The position numbers and the translations under genes were made by a program. Shown here piece by piece: positions 19,585 through 28,967 of a stretch of 64,000 bases of DNA. The DNA lies in contig OZ245003.1 of the NCBI GenBank assembly GCA_965223425.1, positions 2,048,001 to 2,112,000 of the forward strand. The letters are read 5' to 3'. The stretch is from Nitrosopumilus sp. Lineage in GTDB: Archaea > Thermoproteota > Nitrososphaeria > Nitrososphaerales > Nitrosopumilaceae. The notes beneath the pieces were generated by a model. It was not told the DNA's origin. It was given only the letters and a program-made list of their open reading frames with translations, and made no database searches. Numbering within the stretch: position 1 is the stretch's first letter; each line of letters begins with the position of its first letter.

Positions 19585-20574
19585 TTATTTTTGGGCAACA
19601 TACTCTTTTTTCTCCTTTAGCATCCAATATATTACACGTATCAGCTTTGATGCCGCTGCAACCTTTGCCTTTGATCTTCCTCTCTTTTTTGCAAGACGGT
19701 TGCAGAATCTTGTAATGTCGCTGTCAGGCGCGTGTCTTGTATGGGTCTGGATTGCCTCCACTGCTATCCATCGCAGCATACGGCTTCCCCTCTTTGTTAT
19801 CCTGCCGTGGTGTACCGTCTCAGCAGAGTTTCTCACGGACGGAACAATGCCCGCGTATGCACACAGTTTGTGCGAGTCTGAAAATCTTTTGACATTGCCA
19901 ATCTCCGAATATATTGCAAGCGCAGAATAATACCCTATTCCAGGAACGGTGGTCAGCAGACTGATGTTCTGATCCCTTTTGACTATCCGGCGGGTTTTTA
20001 CATCCATTTTGTAGATCTGCCCGTCTAGAAACGCTATGGAATCAAGGAACGAATCTATGCGATAGTTCCTCAGTTTTCTCAATTCCCTTACGTGGCCGGA
20101 TCCGAATCCGCCGGATTTTGTCTTGATTCCGTTTTGCAAGAGTATCCCATGTATGGAATTCTTCATGACTGTTCTTGTCTTGACCAGTTTGTTTCTGTGT
20201 CTTGCAAGGTGTCTTAGCTCTACTATGTCATTGTCGGGCACGTGGCACTGTGCAATGTAGCCCCCTCTCAATAGATTTGCCAGCGCCTGCGCGTCCACCT
20301 TGTCTGTTTTTTTGAGCGACGTTGCAATTACCTTGGTGCTAAACGGATTGGATACGATTACATTTAATCCCAGCGTATCTGTGAGAAACCGGTATAGGCC
20401 GTACCAGACAGATGATGATTCCAGCACGTATTTTGAGTCCCTTGGGATCATGGCAAATGTTTTCCTGATCTCCGCATGATTGTTCTTTATCTTCATGTTG
20501 GACTGCAGTGTCCCGCCGCCATCCAGTACTGCAACTTGAATCGTCTCCTTGTGCACGTCTAGTCCAACATACAT
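19585..20574 (-). CDS. IS110 recombinase, intact
   Basis: GLDVHK, LESS, KTDKVDA, PGIG, YAGIVPSVRNSA. Confidence 0.92.
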   Translation of the reverse strand: MYVGLDVHKETIQVAVLDGGGTLQSNMKIKNNHAEIRKTFAMIPRDSKYVLESSSVWYGLYRFLTDTLGLNVIVSNPFSTKVIATSLKKTDKVDAQALANLLRGGYIAQCHVPDNDIVELRHLARHRNKLVKTRTVMKNSIHGILLQNGIKTKSGGFGSGHVRELRKLRNYRIDSFLDSIAFLDGQIYKMDVKTRRIVKRDQNISLLTTVPGIGYYSALAIYSEIGNVKRFSDSHKLCAYAGIVPSVRNSAETVHHGRITKRGSRMLRWIAVEAIQTHTRHAPDSDITRFCNRLAKKRGRSKAKVAAASKLIRVIYWMLKEKKEYVAQK

Positions 20575-20741
20575 GATCTTGTCAGAACCACGGGTAATCT
20601 GTTTCTTTGTTTTTTTCTTTTTAAAGGACTTGATGCCAGTGTCATCTAAAATTCCTTTTCTCCGAGCCTTCACATATGGTTAATTGAATCATAAAAATTT
20701 TTCCGAAAGATTTAGATCCATTTTGATCGCCGCAACAGGTA

Positions 20742-22001
20742 ATGGAATCTTCAGAACAGACTATACGCAGGCTGCAAAGGGAGCTCAAGCAGAAGGACAC
20801 AGCAATCAAGCAAAAGGACACAGCAATCAAGCAAAAGGACACAGCAATCAAGCAGAACAACAGAGCAATCAAGCAGAACAACAGAGCAATCAGGCAAAAG
20901 GACGCAGCAATCAGCAGGCGCGAGAAGACAATTGGCCTGCTGCGCGAGCAGCTGCTGCTGCGCGAGGACGGCCTGTGGGCCGTTACAGATGCAGGCCGCT
21001 CTGATACGGACACGTCGCTGCTGCACATCAGGGAGGTGATCCACGGCATACTGCACAACAGCGCAAAGCTTGCGGGAATTACCTCGTATGACCTTGACCA
21101 GTTTGACTACATCTGCAATGACTTTGTGGCAGAGTCAAAGAGGCACAACAAAGACGCGCCGCTCTTTTCAGAGGACGAAACACCGGATCCCGGAAACCGC
21201 TGCCTGCCTGGCCGCAGATCTGTTCTGCTCATGGCGCTGTTCCGCAAGCGCTCAAACGTGACGCAGGATGCACTGGGAGTGCTGTTTGATGTTGACCAGT
21301 CCACCGTGTGCAGGTACCTCAAGTTCGCAGATTCCGTGCTGGCAGGGATCCTGCCTACTGCAGACAGGATGACCCGTCTGGTAAAAAAGGCCGAGACATC
21401 AGAGCAGCTAGAGCAGCTAATGCCGGACAGAACCATCATAATTGACGGCACCGAGGCGGTGCCAAGGCAGCGTCCGCAGGACAGGGATAAAAGAAAAAAC
21501 ACGTACTCTGGCAAAAAGAAGCGCTTTACGATTAACACCGCCATAACAACAAACAGGGCAGGGCCTGATACCTGCAGCAGGCAGGTCCTTTGAGGGCGGG
21601 ACGCATGACCTTACCATGATAAGAGAGGATCCGACAGACTGGCAGGCGGTCTAAATCCATGTACAAAAAGGACACTCCGGAAAAGGACAGGATACGGGTA
21701 CTTGCAGACAAGGGGTACCAGGGATGCCAATCACTACACGGGAATAGCACTTGAGATGCCGGAAAAAAAGAGGCCGCGGACGGAGCTGACGCAGCAGCAA
21801 AAGGACTCGAACAAAAGGATCAGCGCCAAGAGGGTAAAGGCGGGGCACGCCATCGGAAGAATAAAGCAGTGGGCGAGGATGACAGACCCGTACGACGGCA
21901 CGGTAGAGGAGTTTCGCGAGGAGCTGGCTGTGTGTACCGGCCTTGCGAACTTTCAACTGCTGTGGGATGCAAAGAAAAAGCGGCCGTCACTTGGTTATTG
22001 A
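20742..22001 (+). pseudogene. ISL2-like transposase, frameshifted near 21560-21720, catalytic Glu apparently lost
   Basis: HTH (LFDVDQSTVCRY), IIDGTE, YSGKKK, LADKGYQG, RVKAGHAIGRIK (G in place of E). Confidence 0.85.
20786..20915 (+). repeat. 21-bp tandem repeat (about 6 copies) encoding KQKDTAI/KQNNRAI heptads
   Basis: AAGCAAAAGGACACAGCAATC-like units. Confidence 0.9.
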
Positions 22002-22154
22002 CGGCACAGCACAGGGTGCATGAGGCACTGCAAGAGTGCGCACGGGTTTTGAATTTCTGCGAATTTACAATGATCTTTTGCATCAAAATTAAATAATTTT
22101 CTGGACTGGCTTTGTGTGTCTTGGTAGTGTGTGCTGCAGAAAAAATTTGACGGG

Positions 22155-22415
22155 TCAATTATGCATAAAGTCTACAGTATCAAATGGTTCACTTTTAATT
22201 ATGGCTTGAATTTGTTGTCCCTTCTCTGAAAAATTTAATGTGTAATAAGGAACAGGATTATTTCTGTATTCTTCAATGATCTTATCTGCTCTCAATTCTT
22301 CATAAGCAGTTTGAGTATTTCTTTCAAAATTACTGGCAAATGTTTTGAACACTTCTTCCTCATTCCTAATTCTATAATGTGTACCTGCCATCTTTCTATA
22401 CATGAAAAATTTCAC
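22155..22415 (-). CDS. hypothetical protein, C-terminus (DFMHN*) supplied by IS TIR, probably truncated
   Basis: Stop codon lies inside TIR 22155-22173. Confidence 0.5.
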   Translation of the reverse strand: MKFFMYRKMAGTHYRIRNEEEVFKTFASNFERNTQTAYEELRADKIIEEYRNNPVPYYTLNFSEKGQQIQAIIKSEPFDTVDFMHN

Positions 22416-22480
22416 AATTCTTCGTTTTCATTCTTCAACAGTAATCATAGATTTAAGCTTCATAATATGGTATATATAAA

Positions 22481-22539
22481 TTGCCAATTTTGGCAATATA
22501 CAACGCCATTTTACGAAGCTTAAACTGCCAGTTTTGGCA
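22481..22539. promoter_or_regulatory. palindromic operator pair TGCCA-N4-TGGCA
   Basis: TTGCCAATTTTGGCAA 22481-96 and TGCCAGTTTTGGCA 22526-39 upstream of a wHTH gene. Confidence 0.6.
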
Positions 22540-22557
22540 AATTATATATAACTCCAA

Positions 22558-22902
22558 GTGTTATACAATAACATGGAAATATTAGAAAAGGAAGATAACA
22601 TACAACTTCCACTAACTCGTTTATTTCCTACTGCAAATGCAAAAGTTTTGGATTTTCTTTTGACAAATGAAGGACTGCAATATACAGAAGATGAAATTTC
22701 AGATCTAACTACAATCCCTTCAAGGACACTTCAAAGAAGTATCCAAAGTCTTCTTTCGGAAAAAGTAATAAAACGTGTGAAAAAAACTGGGCGTACATAT
22801 TACTACACAGCAAATCTTTCAGCACCACGAGTTAGCAGTTTGTTAAGTTACATCAATTCAACAATGATGGACAATTTGAATGAAGCATTACAAAACAAAT
22901 AA
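22558..22902 (+). CDS. winged-helix transcription regulator
   Basis: YTEDEISDLTTIPSRTLQRSIQSLL..VIKR..GRTYYY. Confidence 0.75.
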   Translation: MLYNNMEILEKEDNIQLPLTRLFPTANAKVLDFLLTNEGLQYTEDEISDLTTIPSRTLQRSIQSLLSEKVIKRVKKTGRTYYYTANLSAPRVSSLLSYINSTMMDNLNEALQNK

Positions 22903-23124
22903 TCAACGAAACTGCTTGAGCTCCTTTTCAACTTCTGTAACTTTCTCAACAATATTCTTTTTTTGTTCTTTCAGGTAAGAAACTTCCAATTCAAGTGCTT
23001 TTTGTTTTGATTCTTTTTTTGTGGCTAATCCACAATACAACTCTTTCTTTTTTGAAATTTTTTGATCATAATATGTAAAATACAGATATTCTCTTCCCTT
23101 GACTTTTTTAGTTGTAATTGCCAA
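22903..23124 (-). CDS. small basic hypothetical protein of the kind found in mobile elements
   Basis: KKVKGREYLYF..YCG followed by coiled coil. Confidence 0.55.
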   Translation of the reverse strand: MAITTKKVKGREYLYFTYYDQKISKKKELYCGLATKKESKQKALELEVSYLKEQKKNIVEKVTEVEKELKQFR

Positions 23125-23208
23125 TAATTTAAAATATTTTCAATACTCATAAACTTATCTCTTAAAGGGTATAACTTTATAATGTGGTTATACCATAGAA
23201 GGTATAAC

Positions 23209-23301
23209 ATGACGCCAAGAGGAGAAAAAGGAAAACAAATATCACTAAAATCAGATTTAATCAGAGTTTCAGATATTCAATACAGGGTACCTGTATCTTG
23301 A
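23209..23301 (+). pseudogene. truncated 5' end of a SWIM/IS6-type transposase
   Basis: MTPRGEKGKQISLKSDLIRVSDIQYRV resembles the leader of the relic at 39030. Confidence 0.4.
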
Positions 23302-23524
23302 CAGAATCAAGTCCTGGTCGCTTTTGATGATCTAGATAGCTAGTTGTCCAAAAGTGGGCAACACCAGATCCCAGACAGCCCTGCTGTTTGATTTTGGTGA
23401 TCTGGATCGCCTAAATCAACCAGAGCCCGTGCAAAAATCACGGAACATTCAATTGAAATCAGTCAATTTGAACAGCACCGAGTAATATCCTTGAACATAA
23501 ATAATCATCAATCAAATCGGATTT

Positions 23525-24226
23525 GTGAAGGCAGTAATTCTTGCTGGAGGATTAGGTACAAGGCTCCAGCCCTACACCACATTTCTTCCAAAGCCAATGC
23601 TACCGTTAGGTGAAAAACCAATATTAGAACATTTAATTGATTGGACAAGAAAAAACGGCGTAAAGTCAGTTGTTTTGTGTGTTAGTTATCTCAGAAAGAC
23701 AATTGAAGATTACTTTGAAGACGGAAAAAGATTTGGAGTAAATATCGAATACGCAGTTTCAAACAAGCCGCTAGCAACGGCAGGTCAACTTAAAACTGCA
23801 GAGGATTTCATAGATGGCACTTTTGTGTGCGTGTATGGGGATTCGGTTTTTGATTTTAGTCTTAGAAACATGATAAAGCAGCACCAAAAGAAAAAAGCAT
23901 TTGTCACAATGGGTCTTGATGAATACAAAACAAATTTGCCATATGGAGTGATTGAAACTTCTAAAACTGGAAAGGTTTTGAGTTGGAATGAAAAGCCAGA
24001 GATCAAAGTTGATGTAAACATGGGTTGTTATGTCATGGAGCCTAAAGTTTTGAGTTTTATTCCAAAAAACAAGCCATATGGAATGGATGATGTTATCAAG
24101 AAAGCAGTGAATAGAAAAAAATTAGTTAGTAGTTTTAAAACAAAGAAGGGGTTTACAGATATTGGTAACAAATCATCTTACAAAAAAGCATATCAAGACT
24201 ATATTCAAAAACTTGGAAAGATCTGA
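23525..24226 (+). CDS. sugar-phosphate nucleotidyltransferase
   Basis: ILAGGLGTRL..PKPM, VYGD, EKP. Confidence 0.9.
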   Translation: MKAVILAGGLGTRLQPYTTFLPKPMLPLGEKPILEHLIDWTRKNGVKSVVLCVSYLRKTIEDYFEDGKRFGVNIEYAVSNKPLATAGQLKTAEDFIDGTFVCVYGDSVFDFSLRNMIKQHQKKKAFVTMGLDEYKTNLPYGVIETSKTGKVLSWNEKPEIKVDVNMGCYVMEPKVLSFIPKNKPYGMDDVIKKAVNRKKLVSSFKTKKGFTDIGNKSSYKKAYQDYIQKLGKI

Positions 24227-24234
24227 AAATAAAA

Positions 24235-24675
24235 ATGAGTGAACTAATTATCAGAAAATTAAAAAACGAGGATCTTCAAAATGGTTTCCTAACAACGCTT
24301 GATTCACTAAGACAGACAAGCGACGATATTGATAAAAACAAGGCAGGTAAAATTTTTAAAAAGATTAACGCAAATCCAGATCATGTTATAGCAGTTGCAG
24401 AATCAGATGGAAAGATAGTAGGCGCTGCGACGCTGATAATTGAACAAAAATTCATTCATAACGGAGGACTGGTAGGCCATATCGAAGATGTTGTGGTGGA
24501 CAAGCGATTCCAAGGACAAAAAATTGGAGAAAAAATTATGAAGTATCTTCTTGAAATTGCAAAAAAACGAGGCTGCTACAAGACAATTTTAGATTGCACG
24601 GAGGATGTAAAATCATTTTATGAAAAACTCGGCTTCAAACATGTTGCAAGCGAGTTAAGATACGATTACGTCTAG
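24235..24675 (+). CDS. GNAT acetyltransferase, glucosamine-6-phosphate N-acetyltransferase-like
   Basis: EQKFIH..GHIEDVVV..QGQKIG..CYKTILDC..FYEK. Confidence 0.88.
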   Translation: MSELIIRKLKNEDLQNGFLTTLDSLRQTSDDIDKNKAGKIFKKINANPDHVIAVAESDGKIVGAATLIIEQKFIHNGGLVGHIEDVVVDKRFQGQKIGEKIMKYLLEIAKKRGCYKTILDCTEDVKSFYEKLGFKHVASELRYDYV

Positions 24676-25112
24676 AAAAATTCTTTTTTGGGACGCTTCT
24701 TTTTCTCCTTGAACAGATATGCGCCAACAGCAATTACAGGAGCAGAGAGGGCCATAAACAAAATCGGCACATGCTGGACTGCATCTGTAAGGTATGTTTC
24801 GTCAATTTTGTCTAGCAATGAATGACAAACAAACATTCCTACTAACAAAATTATTCCGCCTGCAACAATCATTCCGCCAATTGGTTTTGAACCGTATTGT
24901 CTTGACATAATGAAGGCCACAGCAGCTAAAATTCCAGCAGGTGCAACACCAATTGAAATGAATTGAAGTATTTTTGGATCTGCTGAGAAGGATCCTAGAA
25001 ACTCAAAATCTTCTGGAACGTTGATCATAAAATTATAGACTGAAATCATTTCGCCTGCAAACATTGCAAACAAACCGACGCAGGTAATTGCAAGCCATTT
25101 CTCAACTGCCAT
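24672..25112 (-). CDS. membrane hypothetical protein
   Basis: About four hydrophobic segments. Confidence 0.75.
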   Translation of the reverse strand: MAVEKWLAITCVGLFAMFAGEMISVYNFMINVPEDFEFLGSFSADPKILQFISIGVAPAGILAAVAFIMSRQYGSKPIGGMIVAGGIILLVGMFVCHSLLDKIDETYLTDAVQHVPILFMALSAPVIAVGAYLFKEKKKRPKKEFF

Positions 25113-25154
25113 AATTCTAACAAATTTTAGTTGATAAATAAACCATTCAAAAAA

Positions 25155-26171
25155 TCAAACAATGCCAACAAGATTTGCTAATTCTTTTCTGCACGCTGCT
25201 CCAAGTTTTTCAGCGGCCTGTTCAGGGGACACGTCATTTAAGAAAATGCCATATCCACGTTCTAGCCCAGACCAAGCCTTGGTAATTGGGTAAATTTCAA
25301 TATGCCAATGAATTTGTCTGCTGTTTTTCTTTTCAGGGGAAAGATGGAATACCAGATTATACGAAACATTTTTGATTGTTTTGGAAAGACCGCCCAAAGT
25401 AGACCTTAGAATTAGGGACAAGTCATTAATTTCTTTTTGAGTAATTTTTGAGAAACTTGTGGTGTGCTTCTTTGGGGAAATCCAAAACTCGTAAGGATAT
25501 GAAGGGGACCACGGACAAAATGCAATAAATCCTTCTGTTTGAAGTACCTGTCTTTTACCGCCGGTCTCTTCATTTACTATTTGACACATGGGGCAAACGC
25601 CCTTTTCATTCAGAATTTTGTGCGAAGCCTCGGCCTCTTCTTCAATTATTGGTGGGATCGTAGAAAATGTAAGAATGTGAAGGTGCGGATGGGGGTTTTC
25701 ATTGCCAGCCAGTTGGCCTTGATCAGCATAAATTGAAACGTATGTAACCCCTTTTTGGGTATAAAGCCATCTTAATCTATCCTGAACAACTACAAGAACA
25801 TTTGACCATTGCTCAGCGTCAATTGTTGCAAACGTGTCTGTTTTGTTAGGAGATGCAACCACAATGTAGTGATATCCATATGCAGGTTCGCTATAGAAAG
25901 GTCGATCGCTGTAGGAGTTTTCAGTCTCTGTTGACACTATAGGATTTTTACTTTCAAAAACCCTAATTGACCATCCTTCCACATACTCGTCTTCATTGTC
26001 TTGAAGGCGCTGTAGCATCCCATCTTTTGCAACAAGAGACAAAACAGAAGGATTTGTCATAGATTCATTCCCAGGGGCATAGGGGGATTTTTTTGGGTCA
26101 GTGACTTTATCATGTTTTTTTGAAACTATCATAAAACGCTCAGAAACATAATCTTTGCGCATATCCCCCAT
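25155..26171 (-). CDS. galT: galactose-1-phosphate uridylyltransferase-like protein
   Basis: HPHLH HIT motif, CPMC, HWHIEIYP. Confidence 0.85.
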   Translation of the reverse strand: MGDMRKDYVSERFMIVSKKHDKVTDPKKSPYAPGNESMTNPSVLSLVAKDGMLQRLQDNEDEYVEGWSIRVFESKNPIVSTETENSYSDRPFYSEPAYGYHYIVVASPNKTDTFATIDAEQWSNVLVVVQDRLRWLYTQKGVTYVSIYADQGQLAGNENPHPHLHILTFSTIPPIIEEEAEASHKILNEKGVCPMCQIVNEETGGKRQVLQTEGFIAFCPWSPSYPYEFWISPKKHTTSFSKITQKEINDLSLILRSTLGGLSKTIKNVSYNLVFHLSPEKKNSRQIHWHIEIYPITKAWSGLERGYGIFLNDVSPEQAAEKLGAACRKELANLVGIV

Positions 26172-26411
26172 GATTGTTATTTGAAGTAAGCGTCTGTTAA
26201 AATGTTTACTAAGATCTGATTAAAACCAAAATAAAAAAAATTCCAGCAAAATTTTCATAAAGTTAGGACAATATTGCTTTCATCAATACATTATGTTTTA
26301 AAAAAATAAAATAACGAAGAAAAATTTCCCAAATACTGTATTTTGTTTTGATCGCATGTTTTGATGTAAGCTTTAAAGGAAAGCATCAGATCTTGGATAA
26401 GCAGGGGTATT

Positions 26412-27698
26412 TTGGATAATTCAGATGTTCATATGATTTACGTACTTTTAGATGGTGTTGGGGACTTGCCACATCCAGATTTGGATGGGAAAACACCATT
26501 AGAGGCCGCAAACACTTCAATTTTAGACAAAATTGCAAGCAACGGCGCAATTGGAGAAGTAATTTCTGTTGGAAAAGGAATAGCACCTGAATCAGATATT
26601 GCCGTGTTCAATATGTTGGGATACAAATTCAGTCATAGAGATTATGCCGGAAGAGGAGTGATTGAGGCCATAGGGATTGGCATTGATTTTAAAGATGGTG
26701 ATCTGGCTTTGCGAGGAAATTATTCCACACTAGATGATGAAGGCGTGATTACAGATCGAAGAGCTGGAAGACATATTGAAAAAGAAGATGCAGTTGGAGT
26801 GGCAAAAGAAATTGAACAAAAGATCAAATTCTCACATCCAGACACATCAGTTGTGGTGTCTCCAACAGTTGGACACAGGGTGACAGTCAGAATCAGAACA
26901 AACTCCAAAAAATTATCATCAAAAATCACCAATACGGATCCAGCATACAGTAACATTGGAGGCATGGGAGTGGCAAAAGCAGTCGGTGACTACTTGAAAA
27001 TTGAAAAATGTTTGCCGCTAGAAGAGACCGAAGATTCAAAGCTTACTGCAAACTTGGTAAACGAGTTTTCAGAGCAGTCAATTAGCATCATGAAGGAAGC
27101 AGAGATTAACAAAAGACGAAAAGAACAAAATAAAAAACAGCTTAGCTGTATTTTACTAAGAGACGCAGGCAACAAATATCCGGATGTCACTTCAATTAAT
27201 GAGAAATACGCAATGAATTTTTCGTGTATAGTAGATATGCCTGTTGAGCTTGGCATTTCAAAAGTTCTAGAAATGAAAGCATTCGAGGCGGGAGGGTTGA
27301 CAGATTATGAAGAAAAAGCGAGAGTGGCCGCAAAGGCCATGGAGACACAAAATGCAATATACGTTCACCTTAAAGGACCAGATGAATTTGGCCATGATGG
27401 AGATGCAATCGGCAAAATGAAAAACATAGAGGAAATTGATCAAAGATTCTTCAAAACTCTTGTTGAAAATATTGATTCAAGCAGAGTTGCAATTATCATA
27501 TCAGCTGATCATTCTACGCCTTGTATTAACAAAGGACATAGTGATGATCCTGTTCCGGTTTTAGTTTCAGGAGATTTTATTAAAAATGACGGAACAACAA
27601 GAATGACTGAGGAACAGGCCAAGAAAGGAAATATTGGTTTGCTTCAAGGCGCAGAAGTAGTTTCAAAATCCCTAGAATTAATTAAATCTCAAATCTAG
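26412..27698 (+). CDS. apgM: 2,3-BPG-independent phosphoglycerate mutase
   Basis: LDGVGD..TPLEAA, PESD, GRG..EA, HLKGPDEFGHDG, ADHSTP. Confidence 0.92.
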   Translation: MDNSDVHMIYVLLDGVGDLPHPDLDGKTPLEAANTSILDKIASNGAIGEVISVGKGIAPESDIAVFNMLGYKFSHRDYAGRGVIEAIGIGIDFKDGDLALRGNYSTLDDEGVITDRRAGRHIEKEDAVGVAKEIEQKIKFSHPDTSVVVSPTVGHRVTVRIRTNSKKLSSKITNTDPAYSNIGGMGVAKAVGDYLKIEKCLPLEETEDSKLTANLVNEFSEQSISIMKEAEINKRRKEQNKKQLSCILLRDAGNKYPDVTSINEKYAMNFSCIVDMPVELGISKVLEMKAFEAGGLTDYEEKARVAAKAMETQNAIYVHLKGPDEFGHDGDAIGKMKNIEEIDQRFFKTLVENIDSSRVAIIISADHSTPCINKGHSDDPVPVLVSGDFIKNDGTTRMTEEQAKKGNIGLLQGAEVVSKSLELIKSQI

Positions 27699-28287
27699 TC
27701 AATTTGTTTGCTTGTTGCATTTCAATCGATTTATTTCTAATTCTATCAACGTCGATTGAATGATACTCAGAAGGAGAAGATCCCAGTTTCTCTAAAGCCC
27801 TACTTAACATCCCAATTCCAATACTTTCTTCATTTTCTTGTTCATGAGCAAATGCGACAGCTACCAGAATAATACCCTGAACCAGCTCTTTTTCTCGCCC
27901 ATAACACTGATTCCACACTCCTTCAAATGCCTCATGGCATTCCCAAAATCTCTCGTTGTTAAAGTAAAATATCCCGTCATTGATTCCCTGTTCTTTCTCT
28001 ATATGCTCCTCAACAACATGTCTGACATTGTCAATAGTCCCAATTGGGGCCAAGGTGTCAACAAGTGTGTCTAGATCTTCTTTTTGAGCAGCTACATCAA
28101 ATTCAATAAATTTAGTGGCCACTCTGGCAAGCCTTATTGATACATTCATGGCAGACACAAGATCTCTTGCTTTGTATGCCAATTCTCTGCATTGTTGAGG
28201 GACGTATCCTTCATTTTTAAAATGAAGCAAATATCGTTCCATGGAGTTATTTGACATGAATTTCTTAAATTTCTTCGCTAATTTCAA
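27682..28287 (-). CDS. DUF309-domain protein
   Basis: FNNERFWECHEAFEGVW..QGII. Confidence 0.8.
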   Translation of the reverse strand: MKLAKKFKKFMSNNSMERYLLHFKNEGYVPQQCRELAYKARDLVSAMNVSIRLARVATKFIEFDVAAQKEDLDTLVDTLAPIGTIDNVRHVVEEHIEKEQGINDGIFYFNNERFWECHEAFEGVWNQCYGREKELVQGIILVAVAFAHEQENEESIGIGMLSRALEKLGSSPSEYHSIDVDRIRNKSIEMQQANKLTRFEI

Positions 28288-28325
28288 TCAAGGTTTATAT
28301 GAAATATCCAAAGGATTTGGGATAC

Positions 28326-28781
28326 ATGTCTATTATCGAGACCATCACAGATGTGGATAATACTTTCTTATCTAGAAGAGAGCTGACGTGCAATTTTGCA
28401 GGATTAGCCGGCAAACTCAAAAAGACTGAAGCAGTAGATATGATTACTAAGGAATTCAAACTAGATGGCAAAGTGATAATTCCAATGAGATTAAAAACAC
28501 ATGTAGGAAAACCAACAATTACAGGTACTTTCTATGTTTATGATGATGAAGGACTGGCAAAAAAACATGTAGACCCAACAATTTTCTCAAGATTAGAAAA
28601 GGCCAAAGCTAAACTTGCAGAAGCCGAAGCAGTAACAAAGGAAGCTGCTGCTGCTGAAGAGAAGCCAGCTGAAGGGGCAGAGGATGCAACAAAAGAAGTT
28701 CCTGCAGAAGAGAAACCAGCTGAAGCGGCAGGGGTAAAAACAGATGATGTGGCAGATAAAAAAGAGGAGAAACCTGAGTAA
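28326..28781 (+). CDS. rps24e: 30S ribosomal protein S24e with acidic C-terminal tail
   Basis: NTFLSRRE..; adjacent to rps27ae. Confidence 0.85.
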   Translation: MSIIETITDVDNTFLSRRELTCNFAGLAGKLKKTEAVDMITKEFKLDGKVIIPMRLKTHVGKPTITGTFYVYDDEGLAKKHVDPTIFSRLEKAKAKLAEAEAVTKEAAAAEEKPAEGAEDATKEVPAEEKPAEAAGVKTDDVADKKEEKPE

Positions 28782-28957
28782 TGGCAGGCAAAAAAGGTTC
28801 TAGCCCAAATGTTTATGCATACTACAAAGTCGACGGAGACAAAGTATCAAGAATTAGAAAGATTTGTTCTAGATGCGGAAAGGGTGTGTTTATGTCAGAA
28901 CACAAAGATAGACACACGTGCGGAAAATGTGGGTTAACTGAATTTAATCAACAATAA
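28781..28957 (+). CDS. rps27ae: 30S ribosomal protein S27ae (absent from ORF track)
   Basis: [29 protein letters not shown]. Confidence 0.93.
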   Translation: MAGKKGSSPNVYAYYKVDGDKVSRIRKICSRCGKGVFMSEHKDRHTCGKCGLTEFNQQ

Positions 28958-28967
28958 ATTAATTAAT

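Larger units (their letters stand above)
19365..20682 (-). mobile_element. IS110-family (IS1111-like) element 3
   Basis: TA core at 19365-66 and 20681-82; short subterminal IR ATGTGAA/TTCACAT; non-coding region downstream of the recombinase. Confidence 0.85.
19353..22173 (+). mobile_element. IS5-family (ISL2/IS702-like) element whose left TIR is split by IS110 element 3
   Basis: AGACTTTATGCGTA (19353-66) joined to ATTGAATC.. (20683-) reconstitutes the TIR seen intact at 47886; right TIR ends ATGCATAAAGTCT at 22173. Confidence 0.8.

Noticed and set aside
23329-23408. Hammerhead ribozyme
   Set aside because: Three-way junction lacks the CUGANGA and GAAA core
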